A stretch of 64,000 nt of DNA from assembly GCA_965203555.1 (NCBI GenBank), contig CBDBCY010000004.1, forward strand, positions 3,008,001-3,072,000, written 5' to 3'. The translations under genes were made by a program, and so were the position numbers. This DNA comes from Acidimicrobiia bacterium. GTDB lineage: Bacteria > Actinomycetota > Acidimicrobiia > Spongiisociales > ZC4RG35. Each line of letters opens with the position of its first letter. Positions within the stretch are counted from its first letter, which is position 1. Shown piece after piece: positions 28,601 through 37,142 of this stretch. The notes below the pieces were generated by a model. The model was not told the origin of the DNA. It worked only from the letters and a program-made list of their open reading frames with translations, and did not search any database.

Positions 28601-29210
28601 TCAGTTCCCTGAGTTCTCCTTGAGTTCGACGGCTCGCCACATAATCGCGCGCATCTGCGCCAGGGTGGGGCTGGTGTGGGGGCAGAACATCTCTGGGATG
28701 TTGGTCCTACACCCCTCCGCTACGCCGGAAGCCACCAGCGCATTGATGTCGTCCGCGTGCCCACTGGCGTCGATATCTGTGAAGGGACCCGAGTCGGCTT
28801 TCTCGAGGTTGAAGGCACGGACCAGAAAGGAGGCCATCTGGGCGCGGGTGACGCGATCCGCCGGGCAGTAGCGGGCCGGGTTCACGCCGCAGCCCTTGGT
28901 GATGCCCAGTTCGAATAGACGTTCCACGTAAGGAACCCAATGCTCGTCACCCCTCACATCCACGAATTTCGGGGAGGGCACCTCCGGTGGGGGCGTCCCG
29001 TCGACAATCCGGACCAACCACACCGCCCATCGCCCACCGCGGGAAGGGATGGTTGTCACAGGGGTTGTGGCCACAATCGTAGTAGTAGACCAACCACCCG
29101 TCTTCGTCCTTGGCGCTGGCCGGGCTCGAAGCGACCAGCAACGCCGCGGCAAGCACTGTCAGCATCATCAGCACTCCCCATCCCAGGGCATTCCGATTGG
29201 GCGCTGGCAT
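28601..29210 (-). pseudogene. Secreted S-layer homology (SLH) domain protein with a +1 frameshift at 29026-29028
   Basis: Signal peptide ending ASA-K. Removing one G gives PRWAMAVWLVR, then FVDV, LGITKGC, YCP..VTRAQMASFLVRA, FTDI SLH motifs. Confidence 0.75.
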
Positions 29211-29268
29211 CGTACCACCGGTCTTCGGGTTCCACCACACAGTCGGCCTCATGACTTGCAGACCGCCT

Positions 29269-29772
29269 TCAGGTGGCCGACCAGGCGCGGATCGTCTCGA
29301 CTCTGACCTCTATAACCGGTCCCGGTGGAGGTTGGCCGCCATAGGGTTGGTACTTGCTGGTGAGAAGAGCGATTCCTTCCCGGAAGGCCGGGCCGGAGTC
29401 GATCACACGGGCCTCTCCGTCGATCCTTATCCACCACAGCCGGGTCCAGTCGTCTTCGTAGCGATCCAACAGCACCGAGACATTGGGATTGGCTTCGATG
29501 TTGCGTAGCCGTTTGAGCCTCCGGGTGGACTTGGGCTTTTGATCCACGGCGGTGTAGAGGCGCCCTTCTCGGTAGGCGAACACGATCGGGACCAGGTGGG
29601 GCTGGCCCGTCTCTTCGACGGTTCCCAGAGTGGCCGACCGAACTATCATCAGCCGCCGTGTGATCTCTTCGGGGTCGATCGGAGGCCTCCTTGTCTCGAT
29701 CCGGTGGAGGTGAGGTCTGGCAACACTCCTATTCTGCTCCCTCGAAGCGGAGAAGATGCCCCCGATAGCCAC
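29269..29772 (-). CDS. PPOX class F420-dependent oxidoreductase (TIGR03668-like)
   Basis: PHLVPIVFA, AVDQKPKST, LKRLRNIEANP, YEDDWTRLWW, KYQPY. True start probably downstream. Confidence 0.85.
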   Translation of the reverse strand: MAIGGIFSASREQNRSVARPHLHRIETRRPPIDPEEITRRLMIVRSATLGTVEETGQPHLVPIVFAYREGRLYTAVDQKPKSTRRLKRLRNIEANPNVSVLLDRYEDDWTRLWWIRIDGEARVIDSGPAFREGIALLTSKYQPYGGQPPPGPVIEVRVETIRAWSAT

Positions 29773-29891
29773 GTTATCTTCATTCCGCCGTCTCGGTATC
29801 TACAATCACCAGCGACTTTCAAAACCGATTTGAAGGGCCAACCGACTATCAGCCAATACGCAACGGACCTCCCCAGGAAGGAGAACTAACA

Positions 29892-31013
29892 GTGGATTTC
29901 GCATTGGCCTCGGCTGATGATCCCAGGCGTCTCCGGGTCCGCGACTGGCTCTCCGAGCATCCCGATCCCAGCCCGGAACAGTTGGCAAGGGCCGGCTATG
30001 TGAAGCCCCGATTCCCCGAACCGTGGGGCCAGGGGGCCGACGTCCTGGAGGAGTTGATCATCGACGAGGAACTGGCCTCGGCGGGGGTGAAGGTTCCCGA
30101 CAACGCTATAGCCCTGGGTTGGGCCGCTCCGACCCTCCTCAACTTCGGCAACACTGCCCAGCAGAAGCGGCACCTGTGGCCGATTCTCACCGGGGAAGAG
30201 CAGTGGTGCCAGCTGTTTTCCGAACCCAACTCCGGTTCAGACCTGGCTTCCCTCCAGACCCGCGCCGTACGGGATGGAGACGAGTGGGTGATAAACGGCC
30301 AGAAAATCTGGACCAGCGGGGCCGAACTCTCCAAGTACGGGATGCTTCTGGCCCGTACCGACCCCGAAGCTCCCAAGCACCGGGGGATCACCTGGTTCAT
30401 CTGCCCGATGGAACAGCCCGGGATCGAGATACGCCCGATAATCGAGATGACCGGGAACCGGCACTTCAACGAGGTGTTCTTCACCGATCTACGAATCCCG
30501 GCCGAGAACGTGGTAGGAGAGCTCCACGGCGGCTGGAGGGCGGCCCGCTACACCCTGGCCAACGAGCGGGTGGCGCTTTCGGGAGGAGGGGCGATCTGGG
30601 GGATGGGACCCAGCGTCCACGATCTGGTGGACCGGGCTCGCGCCGGAGGAGTCAGCAGGAAAGCCCACCGCCAGGAGCTTGCCCGGCTCTACACCGAGGA
30701 CAGGATCATCCACCTGATCGGCCTGCGGATTCTCACCGACCTGGTGGCCGGGCGGGAGCCGGGGGCGATAGCCGAGGTCAAAAAGCTTATGGCGGACCGG
30801 GCCGGGCAGCGGATCATGAATCTGGCCAAGGATCTGGCCGGCGCCGACGGGATGAGAACCGACCGGGGCCCGTTCGGAGAGGAGAGCGACGTGTGGAATT
30901 GGGGCTTTCTGTTTTCCCCGGCGCTCACCATCGGGGGAGGGACCTCCCAGATTCTTCTCAATGTGATAGCGGAGCGGATGTTGGGACTTCCCCGGGAGCC
31001 GCTGGTCAAGTAG
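29892..31013 (+). CDS. Acyl-CoA dehydrogenase family protein
   Basis: WCQLFSEPNSGSDLASL, NGQKIWTS, FNEVFF, TIGGGTSQI. Confidence 0.9.
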   Translation: MDFALASADDPRRLRVRDWLSEHPDPSPEQLARAGYVKPRFPEPWGQGADVLEELIIDEELASAGVKVPDNAIALGWAAPTLLNFGNTAQQKRHLWPILTGEEQWCQLFSEPNSGSDLASLQTRAVRDGDEWVINGQKIWTSGAELSKYGMLLARTDPEAPKHRGITWFICPMEQPGIEIRPIIEMTGNRHFNEVFFTDLRIPAENVVGELHGGWRAARYTLANERVALSGGGAIWGMGPSVHDLVDRARAGGVSRKAHRQELARLYTEDRIIHLIGLRILTDLVAGREPGAIAEVKKLMADRAGQRIMNLAKDLAGADGMRTDRGPFGEESDVWNWGFLFSPALTIGGGTSQILLNVIAERMLGLPREPLVK

Positions 31014-31047
31014 AAATCCGTGCTGGGAGCCCGTAGGGTTGGGGCCG

Positions 31048-32241
31048 ATGCGCATTCTGGTGGTCAACTGCGGCAGTTCCTCCATCAAATACAAGCTGTA
31101 CGGGATGGGGGCGGGCGAACCGCAGGCGGCGGGAATGATCGAGGGCCTCGGAACCGGCGAGGCCCGGCACGTCCACCGGGCCGGGCGATACCGCAGAGAA
31201 ACCGTCATGGCGGTTCCCGACTACCGATCGGGGGTGGCGCAGGTGGTCGAGGCGCTGACGCAATGGGGGTCGCCCCCGCCGGTACAGGATCCGGAGGAGA
31301 TCGTCGGGGTCGGCCATCGGGTGGTCCATGGCGGGGAGGAGTTGACCGAATCGGTGGTGATCGACTCCTCGGTGATGGAGGCCATCGGCGCACTCGACTC
31401 CCTGGCGCCCCTGCACAACCCGGCGAACCGGGCGGGCATCGAGGCCATCGCCGAACTGTTGCCCCACAGCACCGGGGTGGCGGTCTTCGACACCGCCTTC
31501 TTTGCCACCCTCCCGCCCCACTCCTATCGGTACGCCGTGCCGACTCGCTGGTGGCGGGACTTCGGGGTGCGGCGCTACGGGTTCCACGGCATAAGCCACC
31601 GCTACCTGGTGGAGCGGGCCTCCCGACTCCTGGACCGACCCCGCCCCAACCTGGTGACCTTCCACCTGGGAAACGGCGCCTCGGCCTGCGCGGTCCGGGA
31701 GGGCAGGGCCGTGGACACCTCGATGGGGATGACGCCCCTTGAAGGTCTGGTGATGGGTACCCGAAGCGGCGACATCGACCCGGCGGTCGTATTCCACCTG
31801 CTGGAGGCCGGGCTGTCGGTGTCAGAGATCCGCCGGGGTCTGGAAAGGGAAGGGGGCCTTCAGGGCTTGAGCGGGATATCCTCCGACTTCCGCCGACTGT
31901 GCGAGGCCGCCGACGCGGGACAGGCATCCGCCGCCCTGGCGTTGCAGGTGTTCGCCCACCGGGTCCGTCGCTATCTCGGTGCCTTCCTGGTCCAGGTGGG
32001 CAGATGCGACGGGGTGGTTTTTTCCGGGGGGATTGGAGAGAACAGCGCCCGGGTCCGCCGGATGGTGGTAAGTGACCTGGTATCCATCGGGCTGGTCCTG
32101 GACCCCGGCAGAAACGGCGGGGCGGGAGAGAGGCGCATTTCCGCCGAGGACAGCCCGATCCCCATCTGGGTGATCCCCACCGACGAGGAGTCGCTCATAG
32201 CTCGGGACACCGCCCGGCTGGTGAGGGTCGGTCGGGCTTGA
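31048..32241 (+). CDS. ackA: Acetate kinase
   Basis: ILVVNCGSSSIK, GHRVVHGG, APLHNP, FDTAF, RRYGFHG.SH, HLGNGAS, TSMGMTPLEGLVMGTRSGD, GGIGENS, PTDEE. Confidence 0.95.
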   Translation: MRILVVNCGSSSIKYKLYGMGAGEPQAAGMIEGLGTGEARHVHRAGRYRRETVMAVPDYRSGVAQVVEALTQWGSPPPVQDPEEIVGVGHRVVHGGEELTESVVIDSSVMEAIGALDSLAPLHNPANRAGIEAIAELLPHSTGVAVFDTAFFATLPPHSYRYAVPTRWWRDFGVRRYGFHGISHRYLVERASRLLDRPRPNLVTFHLGNGASACAVREGRAVDTSMGMTPLEGLVMGTRSGDIDPAVVFHLLEAGLSVSEIRRGLEREGGLQGLSGISSDFRRLCEAADAGQASAALALQVFAHRVRRYLGAFLVQVGRCDGVVFSGGIGENSARVRRMVVSDLVSIGLVLDPGRNGGAGERRISAEDSPIPIWVIPTDEESLIARDTARLVRVGRA

Positions 32242-32761
32242 AGCCGGTCCGGCGGCGGCGGTGGTCGGTCGGGCGGTACGATCGGTGGGAATGAAGCTGT
32301 ACCTGAAGGCGGCGCTGTTCACGGTGGTGGCGCTCGGTTCGGTGGGGGGCCTGATTCCAGCCTGGCTGGCGAGGGGTCGTGAGGCGGCGGATGGGGCGGC
32401 AATGGTGGTGGCCCTGTGCCTGATGGCAATCGGTGCGCTCATCTACCTGCGCTGCGTGTGGGACTTCGCGACATTCGGGAGGGGAATCCCCGCTCCGATC
32501 AGCGCACCGAAGCGGCTGGTGATTCGGGGTCTGTACCGCTACACCCGAAACCCGATGTACCTGGGGCTGCAGATCCTGGTCGCCGGGTGGGCCATTCTGT
32601 TCGGATCGTTCGTCCTGGTGGGATATGGGGTTTTCCTGTTCATCTTCTTCTCACTGTTTGTGCATTTCCACGAAGAGCGGTACCTGTCCCGGGAGTACGG
32701 CGACGAGTACGAGCAATACAAGGCGCGGGTGGGCCGCTGGCTGCCCCGGTTGCCCCGCAGG
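32128..32761 (+). repeat. Copy 1 of a diverged ~630-bp direct duplication (ackA 3' end + ICMT gene)
   Basis: Aligns by eye with 34388..35010 from GAGAGGCGCATTTCC to CCCGCAGG; the intergenic parts differ. Confidence 0.85.
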
Positions 32762-32764
32762 TAG
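32291..32764 (+). CDS. Isoprenylcysteine carboxylmethyltransferase (ICMT/PEMT) family membrane protein, copy 1
   Basis: G.G.PAP..APKRLVIRGLYRYTRNPMYLG, EERYL..EYG.EY..Y..RV.RW. Confidence 0.88.
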   Translation: MKLYLKAALFTVVALGSVGGLIPAWLARGREAADGAAMVVALCLMAIGALIYLRCVWDFATFGRGIPAPISAPKRLVIRGLYRYTRNPMYLGLQILVAGWAILFGSFVLVGYGVFLFIFFSLFVHFHEERYLSREYGDEYEQYKARVGRWLPRLPRR

Positions 32765-32971
32765 GCATTGGTTTGTCATCCCAGACTCCTTGAATCCATC
32801 GGAGACATCCCACCCGTCGAAAAGAGAGCCAACCGCTACTGTAAACTACCACCACAGTCGGAAAACCCCTTTAGGTGAAACGTCTCGCGACAGAACACGG
32901 GCCGGTTCTCTGAGGGTGGCCTTTTATTAGAGTCTCGGATCTGCCCTTCCTTGGTTAGCGGTATTGTGGGT

Positions 32972-33530
32972 TCACTGAAAGCCGAGTTGAGGCGACTCTG
33001 TGTATGGTTCCGAAACGGTGGCGCTGATGAGACTATCCCATTGCTCACGGGTGGTTTTCTTTTCGTAGGTGAAAAATTGGGAACACTCTTGCAGTTCCGC
33101 CGAAGCCAGATGGATGGCGTCGGCGGATCGTACTCCTCGGAGTCCTTTACTGCGAGCCCGTCGTATGATCGAACGGGCCTGCAGTGCAGCTCTCTGAGAG
33201 AAGTCGATAACTGATATCGGTGATGCCACGGAGGCATGCGATGACGGTGTTTGGGATTTCATGGCTCTGAGAGAAGTCGATAACTGATATCGGTGATGCC
33301 GGTGTCCACAGTTGGTCAATTCTCCTTTCACTGGAAGGTGAATCGGTGTCGCCTGTTGCTATGTATGCAACTTCAGTGATCGACAAAACGGAAGTGAATA
33401 GCCCGACCCTGTCGTTTCGGGCATCGTCTAGGACCGATTGCACTACGTCCGCGCGGTGTTCCTCATCGCTCACGTAAGCAAGCAGGACATTGGCATCGGC
33501 GTAAACTCTGGGACGTCTAACGGGCGGCAT
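32972..33530 (-). pseudogene. PIN/VapC-family ribonuclease disrupted by a 73-bp insertion
   Basis: Deleting one 36-bp repeat plus the 37-bp spacer restores a 161-aa ORF with VYADANVL, SITEV, ADAIHLASA and FFTYE PIN motifs. Confidence 0.85.
33192..33300. repeat. Exact 36-bp repeat - 37-bp unique spacer - 36-bp repeat (single CRISPR-like unit inside the PIN gene)
   Basis: CTCTGAGAGAAGTCGATAACTGATATCGGTGATGCC at 33192-33227 and 33265-33300. Spacer ACGGAGGCATGCGATGACGGTGTTTGGGATTTCATGG at 33228-33264. Confidence 0.93.
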
Positions 33531-34299
33531 CCCTGATCCGTCTGACTGCCTGTTCCGCAGGCTCTCCGATGTGAAACGCCCCGCGCGCCTGCCGGAAACC
33601 CAATGGATCACCCTCGTCTATGGTGTCCACTTGCGTGATGTCCCGGATCGAGATCGGCTGTCCGGTGGAGGCCTGGCGGGTGATGGTGCCGGTTACGTCG
33701 GCGACGCGCCCCCAGACATCGCGCATGGTCTCCTCAAGGCCAGGATCGGGATGGCACCGAACAGACTTGTCGCTGGCGAGTTCATAGAGAATGAAGCGCA
33801 GACCCCTGCGGTGGGAGAGCGTCTCTACCCGTCCCCGTACAGTGCCGCGAGAGGTTGTGTTTTTTGCCTGCCGTTCGGCAGTTGCAGACCAGGTGAAGGC
33901 CGTAAAGGCCACCTGCTCACCGGCCGCTTCCAGAACGATCCCGTTCTTCTCGTCGGCGACCTCTGCCAGTTCACGAATGCGGCCCACAATCGCACGATCC
34001 GAATGGGTATTGCCGCCTGCAACCCGCAAGGCCACTTGTAGAAGTTCTTCGGTCATGGCCGGGATGGCTTGTTCGGCCTGCCGGTTGAGGGGCGTCGCGC
34101 GGGCGGTCACCGCCGCGCTACCGTGTTCGAGCCCGGCCAGCACCCATCGCACCCCGGCGTCATGACTCTCGTCGAGAGCCTGAAGCACCCTGGTGAACCG
34201 GGCACAGACCTCTGACAGCTTCCCGATGGTCACTTCGCCGTCGAGTCGGAACCCGACAATGCCTTTGGAAATTTCTTTCGTGGTGCTGCAAGGGTTCAT
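33517..34299 (-). CDS. Hypothetical 260-aa protein, putative large antitoxin partner of the PIN toxin (possible OB-fold C-terminal half)
   Basis: Overlaps the PIN start by 14 bp. Beta-rich GTVRGRVETL...RFILYE...VRC...VADVTG segment and a short C-terminal helix EQAVRRIRD. Confidence 0.65.
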   Translation of the reverse strand: MNPCSTTKEISKGIVGFRLDGEVTIGKLSEVCARFTRVLQALDESHDAGVRWVLAGLEHGSAAVTARATPLNRQAEQAIPAMTEELLQVALRVAGGNTHSDRAIVGRIRELAEVADEKNGIVLEAAGEQVAFTAFTWSATAERQAKNTTSRGTVRGRVETLSHRRGLRFILYELASDKSVRCHPDPGLEETMRDVWGRVADVTGTITRQASTGQPISIRDITQVDTIDEGDPLGFRQARGAFHIGEPAEQAVRRIRDAAR

Positions 34300-34387
34300 T
34301 GGTTTCGCCTCTGCCTAGGGAGATCGGCTATGTTGACGATGGTAGCCACCAAGTATTCACTCACTGCAAGGGCTTGGAGTGGTCCCG

Positions 34388-34490
34388 GAGAGGCGCATTT
34401 CCACGGACGACAGTCCCATCCCTATTTGGGTTATCTCCACCGACGAGGAGTCGTTCATAGCCCGTGACACGGCCCGACTGGTACTTCGGG
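34388..34490 (+). pseudogene. Duplicated 3' fragment of acetate kinase
   Basis: Translates ERRISTDDSPIPIWVISTDEESFIARDTARLV, versus AckA C-terminus ERRISAEDSPIPIWVIPTDEESLIARDTARLV. Confidence 0.85.
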
Positions 34491-34539
34491 CTAGGTGCGA
34501 AGAGGGCACTCTGGGCAGTCGGGGGTTACATTTGCGAAT

Positions 34540-35022
34540 GTGAAACTCTATGTGAAGGCCGCGGTGTTCACCCTGGTGATGCCCGGTGGCGTCGGCGGTC
34601 TGGTTCCGGCCCTGCTGGTGAGAGGCCGGGACGCGGCGGATGGAGCGTTGATGGTGCTGTCGGTGTGCCTGATGGCAATCGGCGCGGCCATGTATGTGCG
34701 TTGCGTATGGGACTTCGCGGCGTTCGGGAAGGGAACGCCTCTTCCCATCGACGCGCCGAAACGGTTGGTTATACGGGGTCTCTACCGGTACTCGAGGAAT
34801 CCGATGTACGTGGGACTGCTGACCCTGATCGCCGGATGGGCCATCCTGTACGGCTCGATCGTGCTGGTGGGGTACGGGGTGTTCCTCTTCGTCTTCTTCT
34901 CGGTGTTCGTGTATTTCTACGAAGAGCGGCACCTGTCCCGGGAGTTCGGCGAGGAATACGAGGCATACCAGGCGCAGGTGGGCCGGTGGCTACCCCGGCT
35001 CTCCCGCAGGGACGTGTCCTGA
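34540..35022 (+). CDS. ICMT/PEMT family membrane methyltransferase, copy 2
   Basis: Same motifs as 32291..32764, roughly three-quarters identical by eye. GTG at 34540 aligns with the ATG of copy 1. Confidence 0.88.
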   Translation: MKLYVKAAVFTLVMPGGVGGLVPALLVRGRDAADGALMVLSVCLMAIGAAMYVRCVWDFAAFGKGTPLPIDAPKRLVIRGLYRYSRNPMYVGLLTLIAGWAILYGSIVLVGYGVFLFVFFSVFVYFYEERHLSREFGEEYEAYQAQVGRWLPRLSRRDVS

Positions 35023-35117
35023 GACAGATCTGGCCCCATCACACGGACCTTCCGGCGAAGTGGTCGACAGGAACTTCCCTCAAGCCTCCATGCCACAGGA
35101 AGGAGAGGCTCTCTTGC

Positions 35118-36869
35118 TTAACTGCCGGAGGGAGACTCTCCGATGTCCGCTGGTAGATAGTGATAGCCCCGGCCCGCTTTCTCTGGGCGGCTTCCCACCA
35201 GCAAACCGCGGTCGGCCAATTCGGTGAGCAGCCTGCCCGCATAAGGAACGCTTAAGCCGGTGAGGTCCGATACTTCGGTGCTGGACGCCCGCCCTCGCCT
35301 GCGTGCCCAATCAAGGATGAGCGCCTCACGCCCATGGGATGTGTGTAGGTTCCGGGAACGGTGGTGCAGTTTCCTACGGATTGGGTTGCCGAGGCGATAC
35401 GCGGGGGAGTGGTCGGCGGGAACCCCCGCAACGCGGGCGATGAACGGCTGGGAATCGGCGGTCACCTGTTGCACGCGTTGCAATGCTGCTCCGGTCTCTG
35501 CCGCCGGGCGCTGCAGGACAGGGGAAGCCGTTTTATCATCAACCCAGCCGTGATCGGTCAGGTGATCCAAGACCAGCAGCAGGTCGATGTCCTGGGATGC
35601 CCCCTCCGGATGCAGAGAGTAAAGGAGGTCGATCATCTCGAGGTCAGGGTCTCCGCCGAACAATCCGATCCTGACATAGGGACCGCCGATCTCTGAGATC
35701 TCGGGCCGGGGCCGGCCTATCGCCAGCATCTCGCTGACGATGAGGTCCATGCCGTAGCCCTGGCGTTCCGCCAGTCTGAGTGAGGCCATGGCTTCAGCCA
35801 GGCTTCGATACCGGGGTACTGCCGGGTGGGTGATGATGTTGGCGGGGGTAATGCCTCCGATGAATCCTCCTGGCGAGGTAATGGTTATCTGGTCTCCGAC
35901 ATGTTCGACAGTGGTGGGATTCGGATTCATCCAGTCGCGGTGGGTGACGCCGTTAACCAGAGCCTCACGGAAGGAACGAGAGGGCACGGCCAGGACTTGT
36001 TGATTGACCAGCCCCCTGAGGATGTGGATGGTGCGGTTTGCGGCTGTAAAAGCGCCTTCCACTCGGTAGATCTGTTCCAGTAATGGTCGAGAAGCCCCCA
36101 ACTCCCGGAAGGTGCTTGCCGCTCCCGGCACTGTACGACGGATGTAGTCCATGCCATCGCCGGGAGTGGCCACAAACAGCAGGGATCCGGCATTGGTGAG
36201 TTTGCCGTCGCCCCCTACGAGGTTCAGACGACGGATAATGTCCTCGCTCGTTGCCTCAGCCAGGCCGGTTGTGTCGGACGAGCCAGTCAAGTAGCGACGG
36301 GCGATGTCCACCGCGACGGGAGACACGTCTTGCAGAGCGTGTCCGGAAGGTCGCGCCGACCAGTCGTAGCCCACTCTCCTACGGTTTTCGGCATACCAGC
36401 TGTTCGGGTCAATTTCCACGCAACTGCGATTGACCCGCCATTTGAGCTTGTTGCCGTAATAGACGGGCTCGATGGCGTAGTCGGTCGTCAACACCAGGAT
36501 GCGGGTTCCATCCAGATCGGCAGTCCGCACGGTAACTGTGAGTTTGCCCTGGGTGAGTTGCCAGATGCGCTCGCGGAGCCACTCTGGATCCAGCAGGGTG
36601 CCGATCCGTTTCCCGTCATCGGAGATCCCTAGGACGATGGCGCCGCCTCCTGGCGTGTTGGCCATGCATGCCATTTCCTCGGCAAGATACTTCGCGGCTT
36701 TCTCGTTCTGGGCTTGGCCTGCGAGCACCTTGCCGTTTCTACGGCGGTCGGGTTCCTCCTTGATATCCACCTGCGTCACTTCGATATCTCGTGGCCGCTC
36801 ACCTCTGTTGAGACGTTGGAGGATTTGCTCAACTTGCTCTTGCAAAGGGTCTGGTCCAAGAAAGGTCAT
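35118..36869 (-). CDS. Schlafen/AlbA_2 domain + HATPase-like domain + C-terminal winged-helix protein
   Basis: DIKE, CMANTPGGGAIVLGISDDG (AlbA_2); FREALVNGVTHRDW, ITSPGG, ERQGYGM (HATPase_c_4/RecG_C-like); SSTEVSDLTGLS...LTEL..RGLL wHTH. Confidence 0.82.
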   Translation of the reverse strand: MTFLGPDPLQEQVEQILQRLNRGERPRDIEVTQVDIKEEPDRRRNGKVLAGQAQNEKAAKYLAEEMACMANTPGGGAIVLGISDDGKRIGTLLDPEWLRERIWQLTQGKLTVTVRTADLDGTRILVLTTDYAIEPVYYGNKLKWRVNRSCVEIDPNSWYAENRRRVGYDWSARPSGHALQDVSPVAVDIARRYLTGSSDTTGLAEATSEDIIRRLNLVGGDGKLTNAGSLLFVATPGDGMDYIRRTVPGAASTFRELGASRPLLEQIYRVEGAFTAANRTIHILRGLVNQQVLAVPSRSFREALVNGVTHRDWMNPNPTTVEHVGDQITITSPGGFIGGITPANIITHPAVPRYRSLAEAMASLRLAERQGYGMDLIVSEMLAIGRPRPEISEIGGPYVRIGLFGGDPDLEMIDLLYSLHPEGASQDIDLLLVLDHLTDHGWVDDKTASPVLQRPAAETGAALQRVQQVTADSQPFIARVAGVPADHSPAYRLGNPIRRKLHHRSRNLHTSHGREALILDWARRRGRASSTEVSDLTGLSVPYAGRLLTELADRGLLVGSRPEKAGRGYHYLPADIGESPSGS

Positions 36870-36891
36870 TAAGGTCTTGCTTATCGAGGTT

Positions 36892-37117
36892 GCTTTTAGG
36901 TGGAAGAATGTAACTGTTGGCTCGTTTAGCGGTTAGTTTGCTTTTTTCTCGGAAAAGTGTAACTGATGGTCCGATTTGGGAAGTTTGTTCGCTTTTCTGG
37001 GTAGAAAATATAACTGTTGGGCCGTTTCAATATTTTAGTTTGCTTTTTTCTCGGAAAATGTGAACTGATGGCCCGATTTGGGTCGTTTGTTCGCTTTTCT
37101 GGGTAGAAAATGTAACT
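36892..37117. repeat. AT-rich array of ~5 units with 51-bp period (alternating A/B units), each containing a TTTTC..GAAAA palindrome
   Basis: GCTTTT-starting units at 36892, 36940, 36991, 37042 and 37093. Core GCTTTT-N-GAAAA-N-TAACTG(T/A)TGG. Confidence 0.85.
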
Positions 37118-37142
37118 TGCTTTAGGAAAACTTGGACACTCT

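Noticed and set aside
32765-32970. Intergenic stretch ending ...GSLRVAFY, reminiscent of TLRFAFY in the SBP at 12123
   Set aside because: Match too short to support a gene remnant.
33192-33300. Calling the 36/37/36 unit a bona fide CRISPR array
   Set aside because: Only one spacer, the repeat is PIN coding sequence, and there is no leader or cas gene in the window. Reported as a repeat and a candidate ectopic integration instead.
36892-37117. 51-bp array as a CRISPR array or a 17-aa repeat protein
   Set aside because: Linkers recur in alternate units rather than being unique, repeats are imperfect, and the minus-strand frame has an internal stop and no start.
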